Part shown: piece by piece, positions 18,078-29,437 of the stretch
Numbering within the stretch: the first letter of the stretch is position 1
Layout: every line of letters begins with the position of its first letter
Assembly (NCBI GenBank): GCA_963805945.1
Contig: CAWDVP010000003.1
Span: 32,001 to 96,000, forward strand
DNA from: Vulcanimicrobiota bacterium
GTDB taxonomy: Bacteria > Vulcanimicrobiota > Vulcanimicrobiia > Eremiobacterales > Eremiobacteraceae
Reading direction: 5' to 3'
Length of the DNA: 64,000 nucleotides
Program-made: the position numbers and the translations under genes
Notes under the pieces: generated by a model
The model's database searches: none
What the model was told of the DNA's origin: nothing
Seen by the model: only the letters and a program-made list of their open reading frames with translations

Positions 18078-19511
18078 TCAGAGCGCGGAGGAGACGAGCG
18101 ACGCGAAGATCTGCGGCAGCACGCCGAGCGCGATCACTCCGAGAACGCCGACGACGATCGGGACCCATGCCAGCGCCGATCTGCCGGTGGTCGCAGGCGC
18201 CTCGCCCTCGAGCGGCGCGAACATCTGCCACACGACCTTGAAGTACGCGTAGATCGACACGACCGAGCCGACGATCAGCGCAAGGCCAAGCGCGATGCCC
18301 CACGCTCCGGCGGCGAAGCCTTGTTCGAGCAGCAGCAGCTTGCCGAAGAACCCGGCGGTGCCGGGGATGCCCGCGAGCGAGAACAAGAACAGCGTGAGCG
18401 CGCCCGCCGCCCACGGCCGGCGGAAGAACAGGCCGCGATACGCGTCGAGATCGGCGAACGCCTCGTCGCCGTCGCCGAGCATCGCGACGACCGAGAACGC
18501 GCCAAGGTTCATGAACGCGTAGGCGAAGACGTAGAACGCGAGGCTCGACACGCCGTACGCGCCGACGCCGGCGAGCGCGACGACCATGAAACCGGCCTGC
18601 GCGATGCTCGAGTACGCGAGCAGCCGCTTGAGGTTGCGCTGCCGCAGCGCGCCGAAGCTGCCCACCAGCATCGAGAGGATGGCCAGCGCCCACAACGGGT
18701 ACAGCGCGACGCTGTCGTGCGGGAAGGCCGAATAGACGATGCGCGCCAGCGCGGCGAAGGTCGCGGCCTTGACGGCGACCGTCATGAACGCGGTGATCGC
18801 CAGCGGTGAGCCCTCGTAGACGTCGGGCGTCCACAGATGGAACGGCGACAGGGCGAGTTTGAAGGCCAGCCCCACGACGAGCAGCGCGAAGCCGATCATG
18901 AAGAGCGGTGAGAGCGCGGCCGCCGGCGCCGCCAGCGCGGACAGCGCGATGCTGCCGCACGAGCCGTAGAGCAGCGCAGAGCCGTATATAAGGAAGCCGG
19001 ACGCGAGCGAACCGAGCAAGACGTACTTGAGCGACGCCTCCTGCGAGGCCTCGCGCGGGTAGCCGCTGCCGGCGAGCACGTAGAGCGCGAGCGACAGCTG
19101 CTCGATGCCGAGGAAAATGCCGATGAGGCTCGTCGCGCCGGCCATGATCATCCCGCCGATGGTGCAGAAGATGAGCAGCGCGGCATACGAGCCGGGGCTG
19201 GCACCGTCGTCGGCATGGCGCAGTGACGAGAGCAGCAACGTGATCGTCAGCGCCAGCACGAGCACGGCCGAGAACGCCCAGGCGAACTTATCGGTGGCGA
19301 ACGCGCCGTTCACCGTCGTCGCGGTGATGCCGTATAGCGGCACCATGTACGCAAGCGACACGAGGCAGCCGGCGACGCCGATGCCGTACAACAGCGCGCG
19401 CGACGCGTTGCGGCTGAGCAGATCGGCGATCAGCACGAGCAAGCCGGTGACCGCGAGCGTGAGGATCGGCGCGAGCTGCGCGAGGTCGAAGGACACGCCC
19501 TGGATGCTCAT
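18078..19511 (-). CDS. nuoN: NADH-quinone oxidoreductase subunit N
   Basis: EASLKYVLLG, FKLALSPFHLWTPDVYEG, KRLLAYSSI; last gene of operon. Confidence 0.95.
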   Translation of the reverse strand: MSIQGVSFDLAQLAPILTLAVTGLLVLIADLLSRNASRALLYGIGVAGCLVSLAYMVPLYGITATTVNGAFATDKFAWAFSAVLVLALTITLLLSSLRHADDGASPGSYAALLIFCTIGGMIMAGATSLIGIFLGIEQLSLALYVLAGSGYPREASQEASLKYVLLGSLASGFLIYGSALLYGSCGSIALSALAAPAAALSPLFMIGFALLVVGLAFKLALSPFHLWTPDVYEGSPLAITAFMTVAVKAATFAALARIVYSAFPHDSVALYPLWALAILSMLVGSFGALRQRNLKRLLAYSSIAQAGFMVVALAGVGAYGVSSLAFYVFAYAFMNLGAFSVVAMLGDGDEAFADLDAYRGLFFRRPWAAGALTLFLFSLAGIPGTAGFFGKLLLLEQGFAAGAWGIALGLALIVGSVVSIYAYFKVVWQMFAPLEGEAPATTGRSALAWVPIVVGVLGVIALGVLPQIFASLVSSAL

Positions 19512-21010
19512 AGGTGCGCGCTCACCGAGGCCTGCGTCGTCGCGCTGCCGGGGGAGGGCACACGGTCGTTGAGCCACGCCGGACAGATGCCGAGGAAGAA
19601 GATCGCCGCCAACAGCGGCACGACGAGCCAGAACTCACGCGGCCGCAGATCGAACATGGTGATGCTGCTGCCGCCGAGCGCGCCGACCATGATCGCCTGG
19701 CCGACGCGCGACGATTCGGGTGCGCGCGCCGGGCCGTGCATCGTGCCCTGATACAGCCGCAACATGTAGACCGCCGCCAAGACGACGGCGACGAGCGCGA
19801 GCGAGGCGTACACCGGCTGCGTCTGCCACGCGCCGATCAGGATCAAGAACTCGCCGGCGAAGCCCGACAGGCCCGGCAGGCCGAGCGCCGCCATCGCCGC
19901 GATGAGCATGAAGACCGCTAGGCGCGGCGCGCCTGCGGCCAATCCGCCGAACGCGCCGAGATCGTTCGTGCCCGCGCGCTCGGCGACGAAGCCGACGAGC
20001 AGGAACAGCGCCGCGGCGATGATGCCGTGGCTGACGATCATGAGGATGCCGGCCGGGACCGACGCGAAGTTGAACGCGAAGAGCGCGAGCAGCACGAGGC
20101 CGAGGTGCGAGAGCGACGAGAAGCCGATGAGCGTCTTGGCGTTCCGCTCGGCGATCGCCATGAGCGCGCCGTAGAGGATGCTGCACACCGCGAGCACCAG
20201 CAGCGCCGTGGCGAAATAATGCGCGCCGCCGGGGAAGAGCGGCATCGCGAAGACGATCAAGCCGTAGAGCCCGGCCTTGCTCTGCACGCCCGACACCAGC
20301 GCGACGAGCGAGGTGGGTGAGTGCGTGTACGTCGGCGGCATCCAGGCGTGGAACGGGAACACCGGCGTCTTGATGAGGAACGCCAGCGCGAACGCGGCGA
20401 ACAACCAGCGCTGCAGCTCCGGCGAGATCGCGTAGGTCTGGCCGAGCACTTCGAAGGTGTGGGTCTGCAGCACCACTCCGACGACGCCCGCGAGCAGCAC
20501 GAGTCCGCCGGCGAGATTGTAGAGCAGATAGATCCACGCGGCGCGCCGGGCTTCAGGTGTGCCCGCATAGCCGACGAGCACGAGGAATACCGGGATGAGC
20601 ATCAGGTCCCAGTAGACGTAGAACAGCAGCAGATCGCCGGCGGTGAACAGGCCGAGCAGCGTCCACTCGAAGAGCAGCAGCAGCGCCAGGTAACCGCGCA
20701 AGCGCTTGGCGTCGGCGAAGCTGAACGCCGCCCACACGGCGGGCACGGCGACGAACGTCGTGAGCAGGATGAAGAAGAGGCTGAGCCCGTCCACCCGCAC
20801 GTGATAGGCGGCGGTGAAGGCGCCGCCGACCCAGGCCGAAGAGGTCTGGACGACGCCGTTCGCGCCGATCTTCAGGAAGCTCAGCGAGACGATGAACGTC
20901 GCGAGCGCGCCGAGCAGCGACAACGCCTTGAGCACGGGCGCGTTGGTCCGGGGGACGAGCATCAGCGCCGCTGCGAAGAGCGCGGGCAGGAAGATCATGA
21001 CGTCGATCAT
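19508..21010 (-). CDS. nuoM: NADH-quinone oxidoreductase subunit M
   Basis: VDGLS, IKTPVFPFHAWMP, LGLPGLSGFAGE. Confidence 0.95.
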   Translation of the reverse strand: MIDVMIFLPALFAAALMLVPRTNAPVLKALSLLGALATFIVSLSFLKIGANGVVQTSSAWVGGAFTAAYHVRVDGLSLFFILLTTFVAVPAVWAAFSFADAKRLRGYLALLLLFEWTLLGLFTAGDLLLFYVYWDLMLIPVFLVLVGYAGTPEARRAAWIYLLYNLAGGLVLLAGVVGVVLQTHTFEVLGQTYAISPELQRWLFAAFALAFLIKTPVFPFHAWMPPTYTHSPTSLVALVSGVQSKAGLYGLIVFAMPLFPGGAHYFATALLVLAVCSILYGALMAIAERNAKTLIGFSSLSHLGLVLLALFAFNFASVPAGILMIVSHGIIAAALFLLVGFVAERAGTNDLGAFGGLAAGAPRLAVFMLIAAMAALGLPGLSGFAGEFLILIGAWQTQPVYASLALVAVVLAAVYMLRLYQGTMHGPARAPESSRVGQAIMVGALGGSSITMFDLRPREFWLVVPLLAAIFFLGICPAWLNDRVPSPGSATTQASVSAHL

Positions 21011-22943
21011 CGGCCCACCCCCGCCGGCCAGAAGCCGTGCGCGAGATAGACATACGCGATGAGCAGCAGCGCGCCGCCCACCACGAAGGTGAGCCCGTAG
21101 CGCCGCAGATAGCCGGTCTCCCATGCCATCGAGATCGAGCCGAACACCGCCGCCAAACGCACCGCCAGATCGGGCACCGCGTCGACCGCGTCAGGTTCGA
21201 AGTAGCGGGCGAGCGCATTGGCCAGCGCGTACGTCGGCCGCTCGAACAGCCAATGGTAGATGGTGTCGAAATAGTACGCGTTGGTGAGCACGGCGATTCG
21301 GACCGGCGAACGCGGTGCGCATCCACGCCGAGATCGCCGGGCGCCGCTCGTAGATGAACCACGCCAACGCGATGCTCGCGAGCGCCAGCAGCAGCACGCC
21401 GAGCGACAGCTCCGACATCGAAGTCGGCCATGCTCAGGTTCCGCGGCACGTCGGCGAAGGTGGAGGCGAGCAACGGCGTGAGCGCGTCGTGACCCGGCAG
21501 CACCAGCCAGCCGCCGATGACCGTGAGCACCGCGAGGATGCCGACCGGGATCGTCATGGAGCGACCGACATGCGTGTGGACTTCATGCTCGCCGCGGTAC
21601 GCACCGCTGAAGAACGTGATGAACAGCAGCCGGAACATGTAGAACGCGGTCAGCCCGGCGGCGGCGACGCCCATCGCGAACAAGTACGGATGATGGAGCA
21701 CGATCGTCGCATCGAGATCGGCGTCCTTGGAGAAGAAGCCCGACAGCGGGAAGATGCCCGAGATCGCGAGCGAGCCGACCAGGAAGGTCCAGAAGGCGAA
21801 GGGCAGCTTGGCCGCCAGCCCGCCCATCTTGCGGATGTCCTGTTCGCCGCCGAGCGCGTGGATCACGATGCCCGCGGCCATGAACAGCAACGCCTTGAAG
21901 AACGCGTGGGTCATGAAGTGGAAGACGCCGGCGGTGTAGGCGCCGACGCCGACCGCCATGATCATATAGCCGATCTGGCTCATCGTCGAGTACGCGAGCA
22001 CGCGCTTGATGTCGAATTGGACGCAGCCGATGGTCGCCGCGAACAGCGCGGTGACGCCGCCGACGACCGCGACGATCTCCGCCGCCGCCGGCGCGTTGTC
22101 GTAGATGGGATGCGCGCGCGCGACGAGATAGACGCCCGCGGTCACCATGGTCGCGGCGTGGATGAGCGCGCTCACCGGCGTCGGGCCTTCCATCGCGTCG
22201 GGCAGCCATGTCTGCAGGGGCAGCTGCGCCGATTTCGCCACCGCGCCGACGAGCAGCCAGATGCCGATCCAGGTGAGCGCGGACGAGCCCGCGCTCGCCG
22301 CGTGGCTGAACACGTTCTGATACGAGACGCTGCCGAAGTGCGCGTACATCAAGAAGATGGCGATCATGATGCCGACGTCGCCGATGACGTTCATGATGAG
22401 CGCTTTGCGCGCCGCGAGCACCGCGACGCTGCGCTGGTAGTAAAAGCCGATGAGCAGGTATGACGCGAGGCCGACGCCGCCCCAGCCGACGAGCAGCCAC
22501 AAGAAGTTGTCCGCCATGACGAGCAGCAGCATGGTGAACACGAACAGGTTCATGTAGGAGAAGAAGGTGCGGTAGTTCTTGTCGTCGGCCATGTAGCCGA
22601 CGGAATAGAGGTGGATGAGGAAGCCCACGCCGGTGATGATGAGCATCCATACGAGCGCGAGCGGATCGAGCAGCAGCCGGAACGAGATGATGAGGTCCGG
22701 CGGCAGATGCGCCCAATAGCCGACGAAGCGGCTGTGCTCGTACAAGCCCTGCACGCCCGGCGGCAGGCGGAAGATGACGAACGCGAGGCCGGCGCTGAGC
22801 ACGAACGAGAGCCCGATCGAGAGCGTGCCGATGTAGGCGGACGCGCTGCGATGGACGTACGGCCCGAACAGCGCGATCGTCGCCGCGCCGATGAGCGGGA
22901 AGAACAAGATGAACGGCGCCGCCGAGAAGAAGAAGTTCTCCAT
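21007..22943 (-). CDS. nuoL: NADH-quinone oxidoreductase subunit L, two apparent frameshifts near 21415 and 21295
   Basis: KSAQLPLQTWLPDAMEGPTPVSALIHAATMV, HAFFKALLF; C-terminus continues in ORFs 21191-21418 and 21007-21291. Confidence 0.9.
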
Positions 22944-23251
22944 CAGCCTCTCATCAGCGAGATGTCGTCGACGTCGACGTTCTCGCGGCGGCGGAACACC
23001 ATGACCACGATGGCGAGCGCGATGGCCGCCTCGGCAGCGGCGACCGTGATCACCAGGAAGGCGAACACCTGCCCGCTCATGTCCACGAAATTCCGCGCGA
23101 AGGTGACGAGCGCGAGATTGCCGGCGTTCCACATGAGCTCGATCGACATGAGCATGGTGAGCGGATTGCGCCGCAGCAAGAAGCCGACCGTGCCGATGAC
23201 GAACAGCGCGGCGGACAGCTCGACGTAGAGATGCATCGGGACCTGCGGCAT
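22943..23251 (-). CDS. nuoK: NADH-quinone oxidoreductase subunit K
   Basis: MSIELM, VAAAEAAIALAI. Confidence 0.95.
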   Translation of the reverse strand: MPQVPMHLYVELSAALFVIGTVGFLLRRNPLTMLMSIELMWNAGNLALVTFARNFVDMSGQVFAFLVITVAAAEAAIALAIVVMVFRRRENVDVDDISLMRG

Positions 23252-23252
23252 G

Positions 23253-23759
23253 CTAGAAGCGCAGCTCCTTTCTGCCCGCCATCATGATGACGCCGAGGAT
23301 GGCGATCAAAAGGATGAACGCGGTGATCTCAAAGGCGAACACATGCGTCGTGAGCAGCTGCACGCCGAAGGCGGACACGCCGCCGAAATCGCCGGTCGAG
23401 GCGGCCGAGGATTGTCCCCAGGCGACGCGGATGCCGGCGGCCATGGCCGCGAATGACGCGACGCCGGCGACGAGCGACGGCACGAGCTGGAACGAGAGCC
23501 GGCCGGGGCCTTGCTCGATCGGCTCGACGCCGAGCGTGAGCAGCGCGACGACGAAGAGGAAGAGCACGAGGATCGCGCCCGCGTAGATGATGATCTGCAT
23601 CATCGCCAAGAACTCCGCCGACAGCGTGAGATAGAGCACCGCGAGCGCGGCGAAGTTGATGATGAGCCCGACCACCGAATGCACCGGCTGGCGGCTCGCG
23701 ATGACCCAGATGCCGGTCGCGATGAGGACGACCGCGCAGATCCAGAAGAGGACCGTCAT
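23253..23759 (-). CDS. nuoJ: NADH-quinone oxidoreductase subunit J
   Basis: AEFLAMMQIIIYAGAILVLFLFV. Confidence 0.95.
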   Translation of the reverse strand: MTVLFWICAVVLIATGIWVIASRQPVHSVVGLIINFAALAVLYLTLSAEFLAMMQIIIYAGAILVLFLFVVALLTLGVEPIEQGPGRLSFQLVPSLVAGVASFAAMAAGIRVAWGQSSAASTGDFGGVSAFGVQLLTTHVFAFEITAFILLIAILGVIMMAGRKELRF

Positions 23760-24259
23760 GCCGGCTTCACGCCCGGCTCGGTCTCCGCCGCCGATTCGGT
23801 GTTGGCGAGATGCTGCGTGTAGGGATCGCGCACCAGCAGCTTGTCCTTGCCGAAGATGAGCCGCTCGCGGGTGAAGTCCGCGATGTCGAAGCGCGGCGTG
23901 AGCACGATCGCGTCGGTCGGGCACGCCTCCTCGCACCAGCCGCAGAAGATGCAGCGCAGCATGTCGATCTCATAGCGATAGCCGTAGCGCTCGCCGGGCG
24001 AGGTCGGCTTGAGCGGGTCGTTCTCCGCCCCGATCACCGTGATGGCGTTGGCCGGGCAGGCGACGGCGCACAGCTCGCAGCCGATGCAGCGCTCCATGCC
24101 GTCGTCGTACTTGCGCAGCTCGTGCACGCCGCGGAAGCGCTCTGCATGCGGGAAGGCCTCTTTCGGATAGTCGATCGTCACTTTCTTGCGGAACAGGTAT
24201 TTCAGCGTCGTGGCAAGACCGGTGACGATGCCGATGGCGGCGCGCAGCGGGTTGATCAT
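23756..24259 (-). CDS. nuoI: NADH-quinone oxidoreductase subunit I
   Basis: CIGCELCAVACP and CIFCGWCEEACP 4Fe-4S motifs. Confidence 0.95.
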   Translation of the reverse strand: MINPLRAAIGIVTGLATTLKYLFRKKVTIDYPKEAFPHAERFRGVHELRKYDDGMERCIGCELCAVACPANAITVIGAENDPLKPTSPGERYGYRYEIDMLRCIFCGWCEEACPTDAIVLTPRFDIADFTRERLIFGKDKLLVRDPYTQHLANTESAAETEPGVKPA

Positions 24260-24263
24260 CGCT

Positions 24264-25271
24264 TCAGGCCTTTCCGTGCAGCGCGACGATCGCGGCGGTG
24301 ACGAGCAGATTGAGGACCGCGACCGGCAGGAGCACCTTCCAGCCGAACGCCATGAGCCGGTCGTAGCGCAGGCGCGGCAGGGTGGCGCGGATCCAGATCA
24401 GGCCGAAGAGCATCGCGCCGACCTTCACGAGGAACCACAGGATCGAGAGCCACGGGACCACCGACACGAACGGGCCGTCGCCGCCGCCCAGGAACAGCAG
24501 CGTCGCGATCGCCGAGACGGTGATCATGTTGACGTACTCGGCCACGAAGAACGTGCCGAAGCGCAGGCTCGAATATTCCGTGTGGAAGCCGGCGACGAGT
24601 TCGGTCTCGGCTTCGGGCAGGTCGAACGGCGCGCGATTGGTCTCGGCCGTCGCGGTGATGCCGTAGATGAGGAAGCCGACGAACTGCGGGATGAAGAACC
24701 ACACATGGTGCGCCGACTGCGCGGACACGATGGCGTGCAGATCGGTCGTGCCCGCGAGGATGAGGACGCCGACGATCGAGAGCCCCATCGCCAACTCGTA
24801 GGAGATCAGTTGCGCCGTCGAGCGGATGGCGCCGAGCAGCGGCCACTTCGACTGCGACGACCAGCCGCCGAGCGCGATGCCGTACACGCCGATCGCGCCC
24901 ATCGCGAGCAGGAAGAGCACGCCGACGTTGGGGTTGGCGATCGAGATGGGCGTGCCGTCGGGGAACCAGCCGAGCGGGATGACGGCCCACGCCATGAGCG
25001 CGGTGAGCACGGCGAACGCCGGCGCGATCTTGTAGATGAACGGATCGGCGGTCGAGGGCGTGAGGTCTTCTTTGAAGACGAGCTTCACCGCATCGGCCGC
25101 CGGCTGCATCAACCCCCATGGGCCGCACCAGATCGGTCCGACGCGCAGCTGGAACCAGGCGAGCAGCTTGCGCTCGAAGAGCATGAGGTACGCGAAGGCC
25201 GTCACGACGACGAAGATGAGGATGCCCGACAGGATCGCGATGCGCAGCACGGTCTGTATGTCGGGGTTCAC
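24264..25271 (-). CDS. nuoH: NADH-quinone oxidoreductase subunit H
   Basis: ERK, AETNRAPFDLPEAETELVAG, PRLRYD. Confidence 0.95.
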   Translation of the reverse strand: MNPDIQTVLRIAILSGILIFVVVTAFAYLMLFERKLLAWFQLRVGPIWCGPWGLMQPAADAVKLVFKEDLTPSTADPFIYKIAPAFAVLTALMAWAVIPLGWFPDGTPISIANPNVGVLFLLAMGAIGVYGIALGGWSSQSKWPLLGAIRSTAQLISYELAMGLSIVGVLILAGTTDLHAIVSAQSAHHVWFFIPQFVGFLIYGITATAETNRAPFDLPEAETELVAGFHTEYSSLRFGTFFVAEYVNMITVSAIATLLFLGGGDGPFVSVVPWLSILWFLVKVGAMLFGLIWIRATLPRLRYDRLMAFGWKVLLPVAVLNLLVTAAIVALHGKA

Positions 25272-27655
25272 GCGGTGGCCTCGCTGCGCTGCGCCGCCAG
25301 CGCGACGGTGACGCTGCCGCTGCCCGACGCGTCGGTGAGCCGGTTGACCGGCTGCTCCGGCATGTCGGCCGGCACGAGCACGACGCCGACCGGCGCTTGC
25401 GACGAGACGCGCGCCGCGACGGTGATCGAGCCGCCGCGCCCGGTGAGCGTCGTCATGCGGCCCTCGGCGATGCCGAGCAAGAGCGCATCGTCCTCGTGGA
25501 AGATCGCGAACGGCTGCGGCCGCATCGGCGCGAGACCTGGATCGTGCGCGCTCGGTCCGCCGCCGGCGTACAGGCGCGGCACGGTCAGCACCACCATGGT
25601 CTTGCGGCGCGGATCGAGCGTGTCGGCGTGCGGCGAGGCGACGGTCTCAGCCGTCGGCCGCGGCAGTTCTTTGGACGCCGCGGTGCGCGAGGCGGCCTCC
25701 GCTTTCTCCAGCCGTGCGAGCAGCCAATCGGGATCGGCCGAGAGCGCATCAGGCTTGCCCAACGCTGCAGCGAGCGCTGCGAGCATCGCCGCATCGGTGC
25801 ACACGTGCACCGGCGCCTCGACGGCCTGGGCGAACGCCTGCCGGCGTCCTTCGAGATTGGTGACGTGTCCGCGCTTCTCGGCGAACGAGGCCGCGGCGAA
25901 CACGACGTCGGCGTACGACGCGGTCTCGGTCATCACTTGATCGGCGACCACGAGGAACGGCACGCTGTCGAGCGCCTTGCGCACGAGCGCGCCATCCGGG
26001 TAGGTGAGCGCAGGGTTGGCGCCGGCGATGATCAGCGCGTCGAGCTTGCCGGCCGCGGCCGCCTCGAGCATCTGGCCCGTGGTCATGCCGGGCTTGTCCA
26101 CAGGCGCGTAGCCCGCGTCGAGATTGGGCACGCAGCCGGTGGCCTCGGCGCCGCGAGAATTGCCCTGGCTGCCGACGATGAGGATGCCGACCTGATGATC
26201 GTTGCGCGCCAGCGCTTCCATGAGGCGCTCGAGCGCGGCGCTGGCGACGGCGTTGCGCCCGTTGTGGATCGCGATGATCTTCTCGGCTTTCACGAACGCC
26301 TGCGCGAGGTCGCCGACGAAACCGCCGCCGGTCTCCTTGCCGTGCGCCACCGCGTCGGCGAGCGAGCCCATGAGATCGCCGATCGCGCCGGGCGTGTACT
26401 CGACGTAGCGGAACGGCACCGCGAGATCCGGGCGATATGGGCCGACGAAGACGAGTTGCGCCTTGCCGCGCGCGACTGCCTTGCGGATGCGCAGGTCGAG
26501 GATCGGCGCCTGCTCGGGCGTGATCGCGCCGAACATCAAGATGAGCGAGGCGTCGTCAAGGTCGGCGATATGCGCGCCGAAACGCGCCGGCGAGGCGAAC
26601 TTCTGCAGGCGGACGCGGTGATCGATGTTATTGGTGCCCAGCACGTCGCGCGCGAAGCGCGCCAGGGCGAACGCCTCTTCGTCCGAGAGACGCCCGCCGC
26701 CGATGACGCCGACGCGGCCGGACTTAGCGGCGACTGCGAGCTTCTCCGCCGTGAACGCGACCGCTTCGTCGAAGGTCGTCTCGACGAGATCGGCGTCTTT
26801 GCGCAGCAGCGGCTTGCGCAGGCGCGACGGCTCGTACAGGTAGTTGAAGGTGTAGCGGCCACGGTCGCAGATCCAGCCGCCGTCCACGGCGTCGTTCTCG
26901 CGCGTAAAGGTGCGCATGACCCGTCCGAAGCGCGTGTCGATGCGATAGTTGCAGCCGACTGAGCATTGCGTGCACACCGAGTCCGCATGGCCGAGATCCC
27001 ACGGCCGCGCGCGGAAACGATACGCCTTGCTGGTGAGCGCGCCGACCGGGCAGATCTCCGTCGTGTTGCCCGAGAAATACGACGTGTACTCACCGCCGTC
27101 GACGGTGCCGATGAGCGAACCATGGCCTCGCTCGACCACCACCAGGTTGCGCTCTTGCGCGATCTGATCGTCGAAGCGCGTGCAGCGCCGGCACAGGATG
27201 CAGCGTTCCTCGTCCAACACGATGGTCGGGCCGAGGTCGACGCGTTTGGGCTTGTGCAGTTTGGGCTCGGTGAGCCGGCTCGCCCCCGGGCCGTACTCCA
27301 TGGTGAAATCTTGGAGATCGCATTCGCCGCCCTTGTCGCAGATCGGACAATCCAACGGGTGGTTGAGCAGCAAGAACTCGAGCACGCCGCGGCGCGCTTC
27401 CGCCACCTTGGGCGATGCGGTATGCACGACCATGCCGTCCGTGCAGCGCGTGGAGCAGGCGATCTGCAGCTTGGGCATCTTCTCGATCTCGACCAGGCAG
27501 ATGCGGCACAAGCCGGCGGGGTCCATCTTGGGATGGTAGCAGTACACCGGCACCTGCGTGCCGATGGTCTTGGCGGCCTCGACGACGAGCGTGCCGTCGG
27601 GCACCGCGACCTCTTGCCCGTCGATGACGACCTTGATGATCTTCGCGTCGCTCAT
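25268..27655 (-). CDS. nuoG: NADH-quinone oxidoreductase subunit G
   Basis: HPLDCPICDKGGEC, CILCRRC, CTQCSVGC...C (N7-type cluster). Confidence 0.95.
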   Translation of the reverse strand: MSDAKIIKVVIDGQEVAVPDGTLVVEAAKTIGTQVPVYCYHPKMDPAGLCRICLVEIEKMPKLQIACSTRCTDGMVVHTASPKVAEARRGVLEFLLLNHPLDCPICDKGGECDLQDFTMEYGPGASRLTEPKLHKPKRVDLGPTIVLDEERCILCRRCTRFDDQIAQERNLVVVERGHGSLIGTVDGGEYTSYFSGNTTEICPVGALTSKAYRFRARPWDLGHADSVCTQCSVGCNYRIDTRFGRVMRTFTRENDAVDGGWICDRGRYTFNYLYEPSRLRKPLLRKDADLVETTFDEAVAFTAEKLAVAAKSGRVGVIGGGRLSDEEAFALARFARDVLGTNNIDHRVRLQKFASPARFGAHIADLDDASLILMFGAITPEQAPILDLRIRKAVARGKAQLVFVGPYRPDLAVPFRYVEYTPGAIGDLMGSLADAVAHGKETGGGFVGDLAQAFVKAEKIIAIHNGRNAVASAALERLMEALARNDHQVGILIVGSQGNSRGAEATGCVPNLDAGYAPVDKPGMTTGQMLEAAAAGKLDALIIAGANPALTYPDGALVRKALDSVPFLVVADQVMTETASYADVVFAAASFAEKRGHVTNLEGRRQAFAQAVEAPVHVCTDAAMLAALAAALGKPDALSADPDWLLARLEKAEAASRTAASKELPRPTAETVASPHADTLDPRRKTMVVLTVPRLYAGGGPSAHDPGLAPMRPQPFAIFHEDDALLLGIAEGRMTTLTGRGGSITVAARVSSQAPVGVVLVPADMPEQPVNRLTDASGSGSVTVALAAQRSEATA

Positions 27656-28938
27656 GCCACGCCCGCCATCGAACGCTTCAGCGGACAGCCGCCCTGCGTG
27701 ATGTGCGCCTGGAACTCTTCGGGGAAACGGCGCAGCACCGACGCGAGGAACGGCATGATCGAGTCGCCGAGCGGGCACAGGTTCGTGCCGGTGATCGTCT
27801 GGTTGATGACGCGCAGCACGCCGAGGTCTTTCTCGGAACCCTCGCCCGCTTCGAGGCGAGCCACCATGCGCGCGACCCACTGGCCGCCCTCGCGGCACGG
27901 CGTGCACTGGCCGCACGACTCGTGCTCGAAGAATCGGGTGAGCGTACTCGCGGCGCGCACCATGCACGTCGTGTCGTCCATGACCACGAACCCGCCCGAG
28001 CCGAGCATCGTGCCCTTGGCGCCCAACGAATCGAAGTCGATGTGGACGTCGAGATCGTCTTCGAACAGCGCGGCGGACGACGCGCCGCCCGGCTGGAACG
28101 CTTTGAGCCGCCGGCCCGGCGGCAGGCCGCCGGCGAGCTCGATGAGATCGCGCGCTGCGATGCCGAGCGGCACCTCGTAGTTGCCCGGTTTGCGGACGTG
28201 CCCGCTCACCGACATGATCTTCGGCCCGGGCGACTTCTCAGGTCCGATCGCGGCGAACCACGGCGCGCCGCGCTCGATGATGTGCTTCACGTAGCCGAGC
28301 GTCTCGACGTTGTTGACGACCGTCGGCATCCCATAGAGCCCCGCGACCGCGGGGAACGGCGGCTTGAGGCGCGGCTCGCCGCGCTTGCCCTCGATGGATT
28401 CGAGCTGCGCGGTCTCCTCACCGCAGATGTACGCGCCCGAGCCGCGATGGATGACGAGGTCGAGCGAGAAGTCCGTGCCGAGGATCTTGTCGCCGACGAA
28501 ATTATGCCGCAGCGACGCTTCGAGCGCGCGCTTGAAGATGCGATAGCCCTCGAGGAACTCGCCGCGGATGTAGATGAACGCGCGCCGCGCGCCGATGGCG
28601 TAGGCGCTGATCACCGTGCCCTCGATGATCTGCAGCGGCGTCTGTTCGAGCAGCATGTGGTCCTTGAACGTGCCGGGCTCCGCTTCGTCGCAGTTGACGA
28701 CCAGGTAACGCGGGCGGCCGTCTTTGGGCAAGAAGCTCCACTTGCGGCCGGTGGGGAAGCCCGCGCCGCCGCGGCCGCGCAGGTTGGACGCGCTCACCTC
28801 GCTCTGCACCGCCTCGGCGGTCATCTCGGTGAGCGCCTTTCTTAGCCCGACGAAGCCGCCGTTGCGCAGGTAGACGTCCATGTCGGCGAGATCGAGTTCG
28901 CCGATGCCCTTGGTCAAGACCGGTTCGTACGTGGCCAC
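27652..28938 (-). CDS. nuoF: NADH-quinone oxidoreductase subunit F
   Basis: LRGRGGAGFPTGRKW, GAYICGEETA, SCGQCTPCREG. Confidence 0.95.
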   Translation of the reverse strand: MATYEPVLTKGIGELDLADMDVYLRNGGFVGLRKALTEMTAEAVQSEVSASNLRGRGGAGFPTGRKWSFLPKDGRPRYLVVNCDEAEPGTFKDHMLLEQTPLQIIEGTVISAYAIGARRAFIYIRGEFLEGYRIFKRALEASLRHNFVGDKILGTDFSLDLVIHRGSGAYICGEETAQLESIEGKRGEPRLKPPFPAVAGLYGMPTVVNNVETLGYVKHIIERGAPWFAAIGPEKSPGPKIMSVSGHVRKPGNYEVPLGIAARDLIELAGGLPPGRRLKAFQPGGASSAALFEDDLDVHIDFDSLGAKGTMLGSGGFVVMDDTTCMVRAASTLTRFFEHESCGQCTPCREGGQWVARMVARLEAGEGSEKDLGVLRVINQTITGTNLCPLGDSIMPFLASVLRRFPEEFQAHITQGGCPLKRSMAGVA

Positions 28939-28942
28939 AGCG

Positions 28943-29433
<491 letters not shown>

Positions 29434-29437
<4 letters not shown>

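Noticed and set aside
24186..28845. Long antisense ORFs over nuoF-H and many similar ones elsewhere
   Set aside because: Shadow ORFs typical of high-GC DNA; Arg/Ala-rich, no motifs, opposite well-supported genes.
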